From Gaiellaceae bacterium (GTDB lineage Bacteria; Actinomycetota; Thermoleophilia; Gaiellales; Gaiellaceae): a DNA stretch of 55,360 nt. Made by a program: the position numbers and the translations under genes. The notes under the pieces are model-generated. The model was not told the origin of the DNA and did not search any database. It saw nothing but the letters and a program-made list of their open reading frames with translations. The first letter of the stretch is position 1; each line of letters opens with the position of its first letter. The DNA is taken from NCBI GenBank assembly GCA_036558065.1, contig DATBGG010000035.1, positions 1-55,360 on the forward strand, read 5' to 3'. Positions 17,429-27,025 of the stretch are shown here, in pieces.

Positions 17429-18723
17429 CCGCGGACGATCTCCAGGTCGAGGAAGTGCGTGGCGCACGAGATGCAGGGGTCGTAGTTGCGGATCGCCTGC
17501 TCGCAGACGTGCTTCAGCTCGTCGTCGGCGAGCTCGTGGTAGCGGTCGACGACCTGCCGCAGGTCCTCCTCGATCGCGAGCTGGTTCTGGGAGGTCGGCG
17601 GGACGATCTTCGCGTCGAGGATCGTGCCGTCGGAGTCGAGCTCGTAGCGGTGGTAAAGGAGCCCGCGCGGCGCCTCGGTCGCACCGTGGCCCACGCCCGC
17701 GCGCGGCTCGACCTCGGCCGCCGGCGCGTCCGGCTCCTCGTAGGTGTCGATCAGGCGCAGCGCCTCGTCACACGCGTAGACCAGCTCGACGCTGCGAACG
17801 ACGATGCTGCGGAAGGCGTCTCGGCAGGGCGCCTCGAGGCCGACCTCGGCAGCCACCTCGCGGCTGAGCGGGGACAGGCGATCGGCGCCCAGCGCGTAGC
17901 GCGCGAGCGGGCCGCAGAGGTAGGTGCTGCCGTCGCTGCGCCTGGAGTGGAGCGCGTTCGAGCGCGCGACGTGCTCCTCGTAGAAGTGGTCACCGTACTT
18001 CTGGACGGGGGCGTCGAGCCCCTGGTCGGAGACGACCCGGCCCCCCTCGATCGCGTACGTGTCGGGCTCGGAGAGCGCGACCAGCTCGCACTCGACCGCG
18101 CGCTCGGGGAAGTCGAACCCGGCCGTCCAGCGCACGGTCTCGACGGCGGCCTCGCGCGCCCGCTCCAGCGGCTCGACGAGCGCCTGCAGCTCTCTTCGCG
18201 TCGGCGCGCGGTAGAAGCCGCCGACCCTGACGTTGACCGGGTGGATCTCGCGGCCTCCGATCACGATCATCAACTCGTTGCCGGTCTTCTTCAGCTGAAG
18301 CCCGCGCTGCACGACGTCCGGGTGCTCGCGCGCCATCTCGACCGCGCCCTCGTAGCCGAGGAAGTCGGGGGCGTGAAGCATGTACACGTGGAGCGCGTGG
18401 CTCTCGATCCACTCGCCGCAGTAGAGAAGCCGCCGCAGCTGCCGGATCGGGTCGCTCACCTCGACGCCGCACAGATCCTCCATCGCGTTGATCGAGCTCA
18501 TCTGGTACGCGACGGGGCAGATGCCGCAGATGCGCGACGTGATGTCGGGGGCCTCGAGGAACGATCGTCCGCGCAGGAGCGCCTCGAAGAAGCGCGGCGG
18601 CTCGAAGATCCGGAGCTCGACCTCGTCCACCTTGCCGTCCACGAGCCGGACCGACATCGCGCCTTCGCCCTCGACGCGGGCGAGGTAGTCAGTCTTGATC
18701 GTGCGTCGCTTCGGCTCGCTCAC
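17425..18723 (-). CDS. hyhL: [NiFe]-hydrogenase large subunit, group 3b (HyhL / sulfhydrogenase alpha)
   Basis: L1 motif [10 protein letters not shown] and C-terminal L2 motif DPCISCATH. Start taken at GTG 18723 (GGAGG upstream). An ATG at 18789 is an alternative. Confidence 0.9.
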   Translation of the reverse strand: MSEPKRRTIKTDYLARVEGEGAMSVRLVDGKVDEVELRIFEPPRFFEALLRGRSFLEAPDITSRICGICPVAYQMSSINAMEDLCGVEVSDPIRQLRRLLYCGEWIESHALHVYMLHAPDFLGYEGAVEMAREHPDVVQRGLQLKKTGNELMIVIGGREIHPVNVRVGGFYRAPTRRELQALVEPLERAREAAVETVRWTAGFDFPERAVECELVALSEPDTYAIEGGRVVSDQGLDAPVQKYGDHFYEEHVARSNALHSRRSDGSTYLCGPLARYALGADRLSPLSREVAAEVGLEAPCRDAFRSIVVRSVELVYACDEALRLIDTYEEPDAPAAEVEPRAGVGHGATEAPRGLLYHRYELDSDGTILDAKIVPPTSQNQLAIEEDLRQVVDRYHELADDELKHVCEQAIRNYDPCISCATHFLDLEIVRG

Positions 18724-19471
18724 GCTGCCTCCGGAAGGCTTCCACGTTAAACGTCGCGAGCGCCCGCTGTAACCCCTTCTCGTCGACACCGAGGTTGCGC
18801 CACCACGCCTCGAGCGAGGCGAGGTTCGGCGTCTCGGCCGGCCCGAAGCAGCCGAAGCACCCTCGGTTGTAGGCGGGGCAGAGCGCGCCGCAGCCGGCCT
18901 GCGTGACCGGGCCCAGGCAGGGGATGCCGTGCGTGACCATCACGCACGGGATGCCGCGGCTCTTGCACTCGACGCACACCGAGTGCGTGGCGATGCTCGG
19001 CTTGCGCCGCTGGAGCATCGCCGCCACGAGCTCCAGCAGCTGGTTCTTGTTGATCGGGCAGCCGCGGAGCTCGAAGTCGACGTCGACGTGGTCGGCGATC
19101 GGCGTCGAGGTCGCGAGCGTGGAGATGTACTCGGGGCTCGCGTAGACGGCTGCGACGTAGTCGTCGATGTCGGCGTAGTTGCGGAGCGCCTGGATGCCGC
19201 CGGCCGTGGCGCAGGCACCGATCGTCACGAGCGCGTGCGACGCGGCGCGGACCTCCTTGATCCGCTCCGCCTCCTCGGGGGTCGTGATCGAGCCCTCGAC
19301 GAGGGAGACGTCGTACGGGCCTTCGACGATCGCGCTCGAGGCCTCGAGGAAATGCGCGATCTGGACGCGGTCGGCGATCGCGAGCAGCTCGTCCTCGACG
19401 TCGAGCAGGCTCAGCTGGCAACCGTCGCAGGAGCTGAACTTCCAGACCGCGAGTGTCGGCCGGGCTTCCAT
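18689..19471 (-). CDS. hyhS: [NiFe]-hydrogenase small subunit, group 3b (HyhS / delta)
   Basis: 260 aa. [16 protein letters not shown] and C-terminal Cys clusters ([11 protein letters not shown]..., [15 protein letters not shown]). Confidence 0.9.
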   Translation of the reverse strand: MEARPTLAVWKFSSCDGCQLSLLDVEDELLAIADRVQIAHFLEASSAIVEGPYDVSLVEGSITTPEEAERIKEVRAASHALVTIGACATAGGIQALRNYADIDDYVAAVYASPEYISTLATSTPIADHVDVDFELRGCPINKNQLLELVAAMLQRRKPSIATHSVCVECKSRGIPCVMVTHGIPCLGPVTQAGCGALCPAYNRGCFGCFGPAETPNLASLEAWWRNLGVDEKGLQRALATFNVEAFRRQRERAEATHDQD

Positions 19472-20323
19472 CTAGAGCTCCCTCACCGTGAGCAGGCCAC
19501 CGACCTCGTCCCAGGTGAAGACCGGGCCGTCGCGACAGATCAGGAGCGTTCCCAGCTGGCAGTGGCCGCAATGGCCGATGCCGCAGCTCATGCTGCGCTC
19601 GAGCGAGACGTAGATGCGCTCGGCGGGGACGCCGCGCTGAAGGAGCGCGCCGACGGTGACCCGCATCATCACCTCGGGCCCGCAGACGAGCGCGACCGCC
19701 GGCTCGTCGAGCGTGACGTCGTCGAGCAGAGCCGAGACGAAGCCGACCCGGTCGAGCCATGATCGCGTCCCCGCGTCGACGGTCAGGCGGACGTCCAGCC
19801 CCTCCGTGCGCCAGTCCTCGAGCTGCTGCGGATAGAGCAGGTCGCCCGGAGTGCGCGCGCCGTAGAGCAGGTACGCCCGGCCGTACGCGTCGAGCTGGGC
19901 CAGCACGCCCTCGACCGCGGGCCTGAGCGGCGCCAGGCCGAGCCCGCCGGCGAGCACTACGACATCCCCGCCGAGCGCTTCCTCGAGCGGCCAGGTCGTC
20001 CCGAACGGCCCGCGGACGCCGATCGTCCCGCCGCGAGGGATGCGGCAGAGCTCGGCGGTGACCGCGCCGACGTCGCGAATCGTGTGGATCAGCGAGCCGC
20101 CGGCTCCGCGGCCGCTCAGCGAGATCGGGACCTCGCCGACGCCGTAGGCGGTGAGCATCGCGAACTGCCCCGGCTCCGGATCGATCGGCTGTCCGGCGAG
20201 CGGCTCCAGCTCGATCGTCCACGTGTCGGCCGTCTCGCGGCCGCGGCTGCGGACGGTGTACGGCACCGGCACCATCGGGCCCGGCGAGAGCTGAAGAGGC
20301 TCAACCGCCACGTCCGCCTCCAT
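19472..20323 (-). CDS. hyhG: Sulfhydrogenase gamma-type FAD/NAD(P)-binding [2Fe-2S] subunit (HyhG)
   Basis: 283 aa. Ferredoxin-NADP-reductase-like fold signatures and a C-terminal [10 protein letters not shown] cluster. Confidence 0.85.
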   Translation of the reverse strand: MEADVAVEPLQLSPGPMVPVPYTVRSRGRETADTWTIELEPLAGQPIDPEPGQFAMLTAYGVGEVPISLSGRGAGGSLIHTIRDVGAVTAELCRIPRGGTIGVRGPFGTTWPLEEALGGDVVVLAGGLGLAPLRPAVEGVLAQLDAYGRAYLLYGARTPGDLLYPQQLEDWRTEGLDVRLTVDAGTRSWLDRVGFVSALLDDVTLDEPAVALVCGPEVMMRVTVGALLQRGVPAERIYVSLERSMSCGIGHCGHCQLGTLLICRDGPVFTWDEVGGLLTVREL

Positions 20324-20768
20324 AGAGGTCGGCGAGCCTCAGCCGCGTCGCGTTCAGGCGCTCGAGGAGCACCGCCGAGAAGCGCGTCATCAGCTCGTAG
20401 CCCAGCAGCGGGTCGGCCTCGCACTTCGTGCGCAGACAGGCTCCGTTCACCACGATCGCGCGCACTGGGGCGACCGCCCGCGCGTCGAAGTGCCACGTAT
20501 GCGGCGGGAAGAGCCACGACCAGCCGACGACGTCGCCGGCCTCGATCGTCTCGATCGTCATTGCGCCACGACCGGGGACGTAGAGCTCGAGGGCGACGCG
20601 TCCCTTGCGCAGGATGTAGAAGACGTCCGCCGGCTCTCCTTCACGGAACAGGGTCTCGCCGGCTTCGAACCCGATCGTCTTCGAGCAGCCCGCGAGCTGC
20701 TCGGGGCACCCTTCGCAGAGCCCGGCGAACAAAGGTGAGTCGAGCACGACCTGGTCAAGCGTTTTCAT
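20301..20768 (-). CDS. Cyclic-nucleotide-binding-like (CAP effector) domain protein without a DNA-binding domain
   Basis: 155 aa. [21 protein letters not shown] beta-roll signature. Overlaps hyhB by 14 nt and hyhG by 23 nt. Confidence 0.8.
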   Translation of the reverse strand: MKTLDQVVLDSPLFAGLCEGCPEQLAGCSKTIGFEAGETLFREGEPADVFYILRKGRVALELYVPGRGAMTIETIEAGDVVGWSWLFPPHTWHFDARAVAPVRAIVVNGACLRTKCEADPLLGYELMTRFSAVLLERLNATRLRLADLYGGGRGG

Positions 20769-21945
20769 CGCCGGCTCCTTCCCGGACGCGGACCGCAGCC
20801 GCCTCCTCGGTGATGTCGATCCCGACCGGGCACCACGCGATGCAGCGCCCGCAGCCGACGCAGCCGCTCGTCCCGAACTGGTCGTGCCAGGTCGCGAGCT
20901 TGTGCGTCATCCACTGGCGGTAGCGCGAGCGCCCGCTCTGGCGGACGCTGCCGCCGGCCACGTACGAGTGGTCGAGCGAGAAGCAGCTGTTCCAGACACG
21001 ATCGCGCTCCACGACCTCGCCGGTCAGGTCGGCAGTGTCCTCGACCCCGACGCAGAAGCAGGTCGGGCAGACGAGCGTGCAGTTCCCGCAGGACAGGCAG
21101 CGGTCGGCGACCTCGTCCCAGCGTGGGTGCTCGAGGTTCTGGAGGATGTCCTCCTTCAAGCCTTCGGTGTCGAGCGTTCGGCCCATGCTCGCGCGCGCGT
21201 TGTCGACGAGCGCCTCTCTCGCGTCCTGATCCGGAGAGCCGGCGGCTTCGTGCGGGACCTCGGCCATGACCTCAGCGCCGCGCTCGCTTCCGATCCGGAC
21301 GAGGAAGCGGTGCTCACCGTTCATCAGCTCGGTGAGCGCGAGGTCGAAGCCGCTCTCAGCCGACGGGCCGGTGCCCATCGAGTCGCAGAAGCAGAGCCGG
21401 CCCGGCTCGGCGCAGTCGACGACGACGACGAAGATTCCTTCGCGCCGCGCCGCGTAGTCGTGGTCGACATAGCGGCCGCCCGTGAGCACACGGTCCTGGA
21501 TCCCGATCGCGGCCAGGTCGCAGCTGCGCACGCCGAAGAAGGCGAACGGCTTCTCCGGCGGGGGCTCTTCCTCGACTTCGGGGGCGCCGCCGTTCAGCCG
21601 CGCTCGCCAGAGACGGATGCGAGGCGGCAGCAGGAACTGCTTCCACGAGTGCGGCCCGACCGCGAAGCCGAAGCGTGCCTCGTCGTCGCGGCGCTCGACC
21701 CTGTAGGAGCCTGGGGCGTGAATCTCGGTGTAGCCCGAGGGAAGGTCGTCGGCGGACTCGAGCTCGTCGTAGAGGATCGCACCGTCCCGCAACTTCGGCC
21801 CCACGACCTGGTAGCCGCGGCCCCGAAGCGCATCGACGAGGCTGCTCAGCCCGTCGAGCGTGATCAAAACGTCGCTGCTCGGCTGCACGCTCACTCCTGC
21901 GACAATCGTTCCGGAAGAGCGTAACCCCTGCTTCAGGGCAGACAC
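20755..21945 (-). CDS. hyhB: Sulfhydrogenase beta-type 4Fe-4S subunit (HyhB)
   Basis: 396 aa. [16 protein letters not shown] and [12 protein letters not shown] motifs. An alternative GTG start lies at 21888, after a GGAG. Confidence 0.85.
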   Translation of the reverse strand: MSALKQGLRSSGTIVAGVSVQPSSDVLITLDGLSSLVDALRGRGYQVVGPKLRDGAILYDELESADDLPSGYTEIHAPGSYRVERRDDEARFGFAVGPHSWKQFLLPPRIRLWRARLNGGAPEVEEEPPPEKPFAFFGVRSCDLAAIGIQDRVLTGGRYVDHDYAARREGIFVVVVDCAEPGRLCFCDSMGTGPSAESGFDLALTELMNGEHRFLVRIGSERGAEVMAEVPHEAAGSPDQDAREALVDNARASMGRTLDTEGLKEDILQNLEHPRWDEVADRCLSCGNCTLVCPTCFCVGVEDTADLTGEVVERDRVWNSCFSLDHSYVAGGSVRQSGRSRYRQWMTHKLATWHDQFGTSGCVGCGRCIAWCPVGIDITEEAAAVRVREGAGDENA

Positions 21946-21989
21946 CCACCCTTCATGCGGATTTTCCCGTAGAGAGGAGGCAGAGCGAG

Positions 21990-22382
21990 GTGTTGGGCTG
22001 GATCGGAGACATCGAGCGCGAGACGCTCGACAACACGAGCTTTCGGACCGTGATCTTCACGGGCGAGCACACGCAGCTGACCGTGATGAGCATCGAGCCG
22101 GGCGACGACATCGGGCGGGAGGTGCACCCCGATCACGACCAGTTCCTGCGGGTCGAGCAGGGGACCGCGCGGGTCGAGCTCTCGCGCAGCGAGGACGCTG
22201 TCGAGGAGACTCACGACGCGCGGGCGGACTGGGCGATCATCATCCCGGCGGGCGTCTGGCACAACGTCGTCAATACGGGCGACGGGACGCTCAAGGTCTA
22301 CTCGCTCTACTCGCCGCCCGAGCATCCGGACGGGACTGTTCATCGCACGAAGGCGGACGCGATGGCTGCAGAGCAGAGCTAG
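21990..22382 (+). CDS. Cupin-domain protein
   Basis: 130 aa, GTG start. GREVHPDHDQFLRVEQG...IPAGVWHNVVN cupin motifs. Confidence 0.8.
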   Translation: MLGWIGDIERETLDNTSFRTVIFTGEHTQLTVMSIEPGDDIGREVHPDHDQFLRVEQGTARVELSRSEDAVEETHDARADWAIIIPAGVWHNVVNTGDGTLKVYSLYSPPEHPDGTVHRTKADAMAAEQS

Positions 22383-22918
22383 GCGGCTTGCAGGAAGCGG
22401 CGGTACCGCTCGCGCCAGTCCGCGGTCTCACCGAGAGCAACGCGGATCGGCGCCGGGTAGAGCGGTACAGCTGCGGAGGTGAGGCCGGCGGTCGAGGCGG
22501 CGCTGCTCCAGGGCCAGTCGAACGGGGTCTCCGCGAGGCCGGCGCGGACCGGATTGTACGCCAGGTACCGGCAGACGTTGAGCAGATCGGCATCGCTCGC
22601 AACCTCCCGGAAGAAGGAGTGGGCCCGGAACAGATGCGCCGCGCGGCCGTGCGCTTTGTTGTGGCGCCTCGCATGCCGTGTGTGCAGTCGTTGGAGCGCA
22701 CTCGGGATGCGCCCGCCCGGGGTGTAGACGACCACGTGGTAGTGCGTGCTCATCAATGTGTAGGCGACAAGGCCTAGCTCGAAGTCGTCGGCCAGTCTCG
22801 CGAGAGTGTCGAGGAAGCCGCGGCGTTCGCCATCGTCACTGAAGAGGCGGCGCGTGTCGCTGGCTCGCGGGGCGAGGTGGTAGAGCCCTTCGAAGAAGTC
22901 GCGCCGTCGCCGTGGCAC
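22379..22918 (-). CDS. IS200/IS605-like Y1 (HUH) transposase family protein, REP-associated tyrosine transposase (RAYT)-like
   Basis: HUH motif (THYHVVVY) and catalytic Tyr helix (CRYLAYNPVRAGL). Start is uncertain: GTG 22918 gives VPRRRRDFFEGLYH, like family N-termini, and TTG 23002 is also possible. Confidence 0.7.
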   Translation of the reverse strand: MPRRRRDFFEGLYHLAPRASDTRRLFSDDGERRGFLDTLARLADDFELGLVAYTLMSTHYHVVVYTPGGRIPSALQRLHTRHARRHNKAHGRAAHLFRAHSFFREVASDADLLNVCRYLAYNPVRAGLAETPFDWPWSSAASTAGLTSAAVPLYPAPIRVALGETADWRERYRRFLQAA

Positions 22919-23003
22919 GCGTCCGAGAGTAGACGCAGCGCCAGGAACGAGGGGCCCCACAACGCAGATTGCGACACTCTTGACACACCTCCCCCTTGAC
23001 AAC

Positions 23004-23024
23004 CCCCGGAGTCGGACTCCGGGG
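23004..23024. promoter_or_regulatory. Perfect 10-1-10 palindrome between the RAYT-like gene and sqr
   Basis: ccccggagtc g gactccgggg. It is preceded by two cttgaca repeats (22978-22984 and 22995-23001) and followed by gggtag. Confidence 0.4.
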
Positions 23025-23101
23025 TGGGGCGGGTAGTTGCCCGTACTCGTGTCCGCGGAAGCCCGGATGGCCCACGCTTCGCTTCGGGGCAACCTGTGTC
23101 C

Positions 23102-24355
23102 ATGGCGCGCAAGCAGATCGTCATCCTCGGCGGCGGCACCGGCGGCACGATGGTCGCCAACCGCCTGCGCCGGCGCTTCGACGCCGACGAGGCGGAGATC
23201 CACGTCGTCGACCGTGACGATCGCCACGTGTACCAGCCGGGGCTGCTCTTCGTCCCCTTCGGGCTGACCTCGCTCGACGAGATCGTCCGGCCGCGCGCGC
23301 GCCAGCTACGCGACGGGATCGTCTTCCACGAGCGAGAGATCGACGCGGTCTGGATCGAGCGGGACGAGCTCCTGCTCGACGACGGCACCACCCTCCCCTA
23401 CGACGTGCTCGTCGTCGCCACCGGATCGCGTCTCCAGCCCGAGGAGACGGAGGGGCTCACCGGCCCCGGCTGGAACGAGCGCGCCTTCACCTTCTACACG
23501 CCGGAGGGCGCTGCGGCACTGGGCGACGCGCTCGGGCGCTTCGACGGCGGACGACTGGTCGTGAACCTCGTCGACATGCCGATCAAGTGCCCGGTCGCGC
23601 CGCTCGAGTTCGCCTTTCTGGCCGAGTGGCACCTGCGGGAGCGCGGCATCCGTGACCGCGTCGAGCTCGTCTACGCGACACCGCTCGACGGAGCCTTCAC
23701 CAAGCCGGTCGCCTCCGAGCATCTCGCGGGCCTGCTCGAGGAAAAGAGGATCGAGCTCGTGACGGAGTTCAATACGGGCGAGGTCGACTCGAACCGCGGC
23801 AAGCTCGTCTCCTACGACGGCCGCGAGCTCGACTTCGACCTGCTCGTGACGGTGCCGGCCCACGGCGGCGCCGCGTTCGTCGAGCGCTCCCCCGGCCTCG
23901 GCGACGCGCTCGGGTTCGTGCCCGCGGACCGGCGGACGCTGCAGTCGACGGCACGGCCGAACGTCTTCGCCCTCGGCGACGCGACCGACCTCCCGACCTC
24001 GAAGGCAGGCTCGGTGACGCACTTCGAAGCCGAGGTGCTGACGGAGAACGTCGCCCACTTCCTGGCCGGCGAGGAGCTCGAGCCCGGCTACGACGGCCAC
24101 GCGAACTGCTTCGTGGAGACCGGCTTCCACAAGGCCCTGCTCATCGACTTCAACTACGAGACCGAGCCGCTCCCGGGGCACTTCCCGACCGCGCTCGGCC
24201 TGCCGCTCCTACGCGAGTCGCGCGTCAACCATCTCGGGAAGCTCATGTTCCAGTGGATCTACTGGCACGCCCTGCTCCCCGGGCGCGACCTGCCCCTGAT
24301 CGGGCCGGCGATGCCGACCGCGGGGAAGCGGCGCGAACTGTCGGCAACGACCTGA
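23102..24355 (+). CDS. sqr: Sulfide:quinone oxidoreductase-like FAD-dependent oxidoreductase
   Basis: 417 aa from ATG 23102. IVILGGGTGG fold. Conserved Cys contexts PIKCPVAP and GHANCFVE. GDATDLPTSKAG motif. Confidence 0.8.
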   Translation: MARKQIVILGGGTGGTMVANRLRRRFDADEAEIHVVDRDDRHVYQPGLLFVPFGLTSLDEIVRPRARQLRDGIVFHEREIDAVWIERDELLLDDGTTLPYDVLVVATGSRLQPEETEGLTGPGWNERAFTFYTPEGAAALGDALGRFDGGRLVVNLVDMPIKCPVAPLEFAFLAEWHLRERGIRDRVELVYATPLDGAFTKPVASEHLAGLLEEKRIELVTEFNTGEVDSNRGKLVSYDGRELDFDLLVTVPAHGGAAFVERSPGLGDALGFVPADRRTLQSTARPNVFALGDATDLPTSKAGSVTHFEAEVLTENVAHFLAGEELEPGYDGHANCFVETGFHKALLIDFNYETEPLPGHFPTALGLPLLRESRVNHLGKLMFQWIYWHALLPGRDLPLIGPAMPTAGKRRELSATT

Positions 24356-24366
24356 AGGAGGACGAG

Positions 24367-24684
24367 ATGACCACGATGCTGATCGCCGACGCCCCGGTCG
24401 ACGTCGACGCCGAGGGCTTCCTCACGAGCCCCGAGCAGTGGAACGAGCCGATCGCCGAGGCGATCGCGCGCGAGAACGGCATCGCCGAGCTCACCGACCG
24501 CCACTGGCTGGTCGTGAAGTTCATGCGCGAGCGCTACCTGTCGACCGGAAGCGCGCCCTCGATCCGCGCGCTGGGCAAGGAATCCGGCGTTCCGGTCAAG
24601 GAGCTCTACGCGCTCTTCCCCACGGGCCCCGCAAAGCTCGCCGCGAAGATCGGCGGGATTCCCAAGCCCAAGGGCTGCATCTAG
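24367..24684 (+). CDS. tusE: TusE/DsrC-family sulfur relay protein (single C-terminal Cys)
   Basis: 105 aa. HWLVVKFMRERY motif and a C-terminal ...IPKPKGCI with a penultimate Cys only. Confidence 0.85.
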   Translation: MTTMLIADAPVDVDAEGFLTSPEQWNEPIAEAIARENGIAELTDRHWLVVKFMRERYLSTGSAPSIRALGKESGVPVKELYALFPTGPAKLAAKIGGIPKPKGCI

Positions 24685-24693
24685 GAGGACGAC

Positions 24694-25209
24694 ATGACCA
24701 CGATCCCGTACACACCTGACCACCTGGAGCTCGAGTGGCCGAAGGCCGAGCCGATCCAGAAGGTCTCGATCGTCGTCTCGAAAGGCTCACTGGAGGGCGT
24801 CTACCCGGGCTTGATCATGGCCAACGGCGCCCGCATGGAGGGAATCGAGGCCGACCTCTTCTTCACCTTCTTCGGCCTGGACGCGATCCGCAAGGACCGC
24901 TTCGAGCACATCAAGGTGGCGACCGTCGGCAACCCCGGCCTGCACATGCCGACGCTCCTGGGCGCGATCCCCGGCTTCTCGGCGCTCGTCACCAAGATGA
25001 TGAGCCGCCAGATGGAGAAGATCGACATCCCGCCGATCCCGGAGTTCATGGAGCTCGTCGCCGACTCGGGCGTCAACCTCTACGCCTGCAAGGCCACGGT
25101 CGACATGTTCGGCCTGGCGATGGACGACTTCATCCCCCAGGTCGAGGACATCATCAGCGTCGGCGAGTTCTACGAGAAGGCCGCCGGCGGTGAGATCATC
25201 TTCACCTAG
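24694..25209 (+). CDS. DsrE/DsrF-like sulfur-transfer family protein
   Basis: 171 aa, AGGAGG upstream. VSIVVSKGSLEGVYPGLIMANG and LYACKATVDMFG (single Cys) are typical of the DsrE-like fold. Confidence 0.8.
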   Translation: MTTIPYTPDHLELEWPKAEPIQKVSIVVSKGSLEGVYPGLIMANGARMEGIEADLFFTFFGLDAIRKDRFEHIKVATVGNPGLHMPTLLGAIPGFSALVTKMMSRQMEKIDIPPIPEFMELVADSGVNLYACKATVDMFGLAMDDFIPQVEDIISVGEFYEKAAGGEIIFT

Positions 25210-25227
25210 GCCGTGCAGAGCACAAAT

Positions 25228-25257
25228 AAAGGGCCCGCTCTTGGCGGGCCCTTTTCG
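25228..25257. terminator. Intrinsic, apparently bidirectional terminator
   Basis: 11-bp stem aaagggcccgc / gcgggcccttt with loop tcttg. Followed by ttttcg on the plus strand and tttatttgtg on the minus strand. Confidence 0.75.
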
Positions 25258-25489
25258 TGACCTTCGTGGAGCCGGTTCCGTTTTCGTCTGCTCTTCGTCG
25301 AAGGCTTTCGGGGGGTTTCTTCCTACTACGCCTTCTTCTTGGAGCTTCTCCCTACTGGGGAACCGTTCTCTGCGCAATCGCATCGTCGCGAAGAGCCCGG
25401 TCCGCGGCATCGGTGGACACGCTGACGGCGCCCCGTAGTTCCCCGCAACGGCGTTCAGCCGATGTGCCGATGGCGAAGACGGCGCGCTG

Positions 25490-27025
25490 ATGCAGGTTGA
25501 GCACATGACCTTCGACGGACAGCGCGCGACGTGGCTACGAGCCCGGTTGATCCATGCGATCCACCCCGACGGCCATCCTGCGCTTCATCCCTCCGCGTCC
25601 TTCAGCGCGACGATGCGCGTCCGTCTGGAGAACCATCCCGGCGCGTTCGCCCAGCTCGCCGAGGCGATCGGAGACGCCGGCGGCCTGCTCGGCGCGATCG
25701 ACCTGGTGCGCGTCGGCCGCGGCCACAAGGTCCGAGACGTCACCTTCCTCGCCTCCGACGCCGCACATGTCGAGCGGATCCTCACGGCGGTCACCAACCT
25801 CCACGGGGTCGAGGTCGAGCACGTGTCCGACCGCACCTTCCTCGCGCATCTCGGCGGCAAGCTCGAAGTGACGTCGAAGGCGCCGCTCAAGACTCGCGAC
25901 GACCTCTCGATCGCCTACACGCCCGGCGTCGGGCGGGTCTCCTCGGCGATCGCCCAGGACCCGGCCAAGGTCTGGTCGCTCACGATCAAGCAGAACACCG
26001 TGGCGGTCGTCAGCGACGGAACGGCGGTGCTCGGCCTCGGCGACATCGGCCCCGAGGGAGCCCTGCCGGTCATGGAAGGGAAGGCCGTCCTGTTCAAGGA
26101 GTTCGGCGGGATCGACGCCTGGCCCATCTGCCTCGCGACGAAGGACCCTGACGAGATCGTCCAGACCGTGACGGCGATCGCGCCGGTCTTCGGCGGGATC
26201 AACCTCGAGGACATCTCCGCGCCGCGCTGCTTCGAGATCGAGCGCCGGCTGCGGCAGACACTCGACATCCCGGTCTTCCACGACGACCAGCACGGCACGG
26301 CGATCGTCGTCCTGGCGTCCCTGCTGAACGCGCTCAGGGTCGTCGACAAGGAGCTCGCGGACGTCCGCATCGTCCTGACCGGCGCCGGCGCCGCGGGCAC
26401 AGCGGTCACGAAGACGCTCCTTGCCGCAGGCGCATGCGACATCGTGGGCTGCGATCGCGAGGGCGCGATCCATCGCGACCGCCCCGGCCTCACTCCCGCC
26501 AAGGCCGAGTACGCGCTGCTGACGAACCCGCGCGGCTTCCAGGGGTCGGCCGACGACGCGCTCGACGGAGCCGACGTCTTCATCGGGCTCTCCGCTCCCG
26601 GAGCGGTGAGCGCAGCCGCGATTCGCCGCATGGCGGATCGCTCGATCGTCTTCGCGATGGCCAACCCGATTCCCGAGGTGATGCCGGAGGAGATCGAGTC
26701 GGACGTCGAGGTCATCGCCACCGGCCGCTCCGACTACCCGAACCAGATCAACAACGTGCTCGCGTTCCCCGGTGTCTTCCGTGGAGCGCTCGACGTGCGC
26801 GCGCGAGAGATCACCACCGAGATGGAGGTCGCGGCGGCGCGAGCGCTGGCGGAGGTCGTCGCGCCGGACGAGCTCGAGGCCGACTACATCGTGCCGAGCG
26901 TCTTCAACCGCCAGGTCGCGCCTGCGGTCGCCGAGGCCGTTGCCGAGGCCGCCGAGCGATCGGGCGTCGCGCGCCGCAGCACCCGCGAGCTTTCGCGGGA
27001 TCCTTCGGAGCTGCCGGTCGGATGA
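25490..27025 (+). CDS. NAD(P)-dependent malic enzyme with N-terminal ACT domain
   Basis: SIAYTPGV, VVSDGTAVLGLGDIGP, FGGINLEDI and FHDDQHGTAIV motifs. Start is uncertain (ATG 25490, 25505 or 25613). Confidence 0.9.
   Translation: MQVEHMTFDGQRATWLRARLIHAIHPDGHPALHPSASFSATMRVRLENHPGAFAQLAEAIGDAGGLLGAIDLVRVGRGHKVRDVTFLASDAAHVERILTAVTNLHGVEVEHVSDRTFLAHLGGKLEVTSKAPLKTRDDLSIAYTPGVGRVSSAIAQDPAKVWSLTIKQNTVAVVSDGTAVLGLGDIGPEGALPVMEGKAVLFKEFGGIDAWPICLATKDPDEIVQTVTAIAPVFGGINLEDISAPRCFEIERRLRQTLDIPVFHDDQHGTAIVVLASLLNALRVVDKELADVRIVLTGAGAAGTAVTKTLLAAGACDIVGCDREGAIHRDRPGLTPAKAEYALLTNPRGFQGSADDALDGADVFIGLSAPGAVSAAAIRRMADRSIVFAMANPIPEVMPEEIESDVEVIATGRSDYPNQINNVLAFPGVFRGALDVRAREITTEMEVAAARALAEVVAPDELEADYIVPSVFNRQVAPAVAEAVAEAAERSGVARRSTRELSRDPSELPVG

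Noticed and set aside
17425-18723. Selenocysteine recoding in the hydrogenase large subunit (NiFeSe type).
   Set aside because: The C-terminal motif is DPCISCATH with ordinary Cys codons, and there is no in-frame TGA.
22919-23227. The 282-aa version of the RAYT-like ORF, starting at ATG 23227.
   Set aside because: The extension overlaps the sqr start and promoter region and has off-frame-like composition. Family N-termini resemble the sequence beginning at GTG 22918.
25257-25490. A 77-aa plus-strand ORF filling the large intergenic gap and ending in a TGATG junction with the malic enzyme start. It could be a leader peptide.
   Set aside because: Its first ~35 codons are full of T/A-ending codons (gtt, ttt, tct, gct, ctt, cgt, cga, cta, cta, ctt, ctt, ctt, gga, gct, tct), unlike every confident gene here. 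It also begins inside the terminator tail. I kept the region as a non-coding candidate. A very short uORF (atg gcg aag acg gcg cgc tga, 25470-25490) cannot be excluded.
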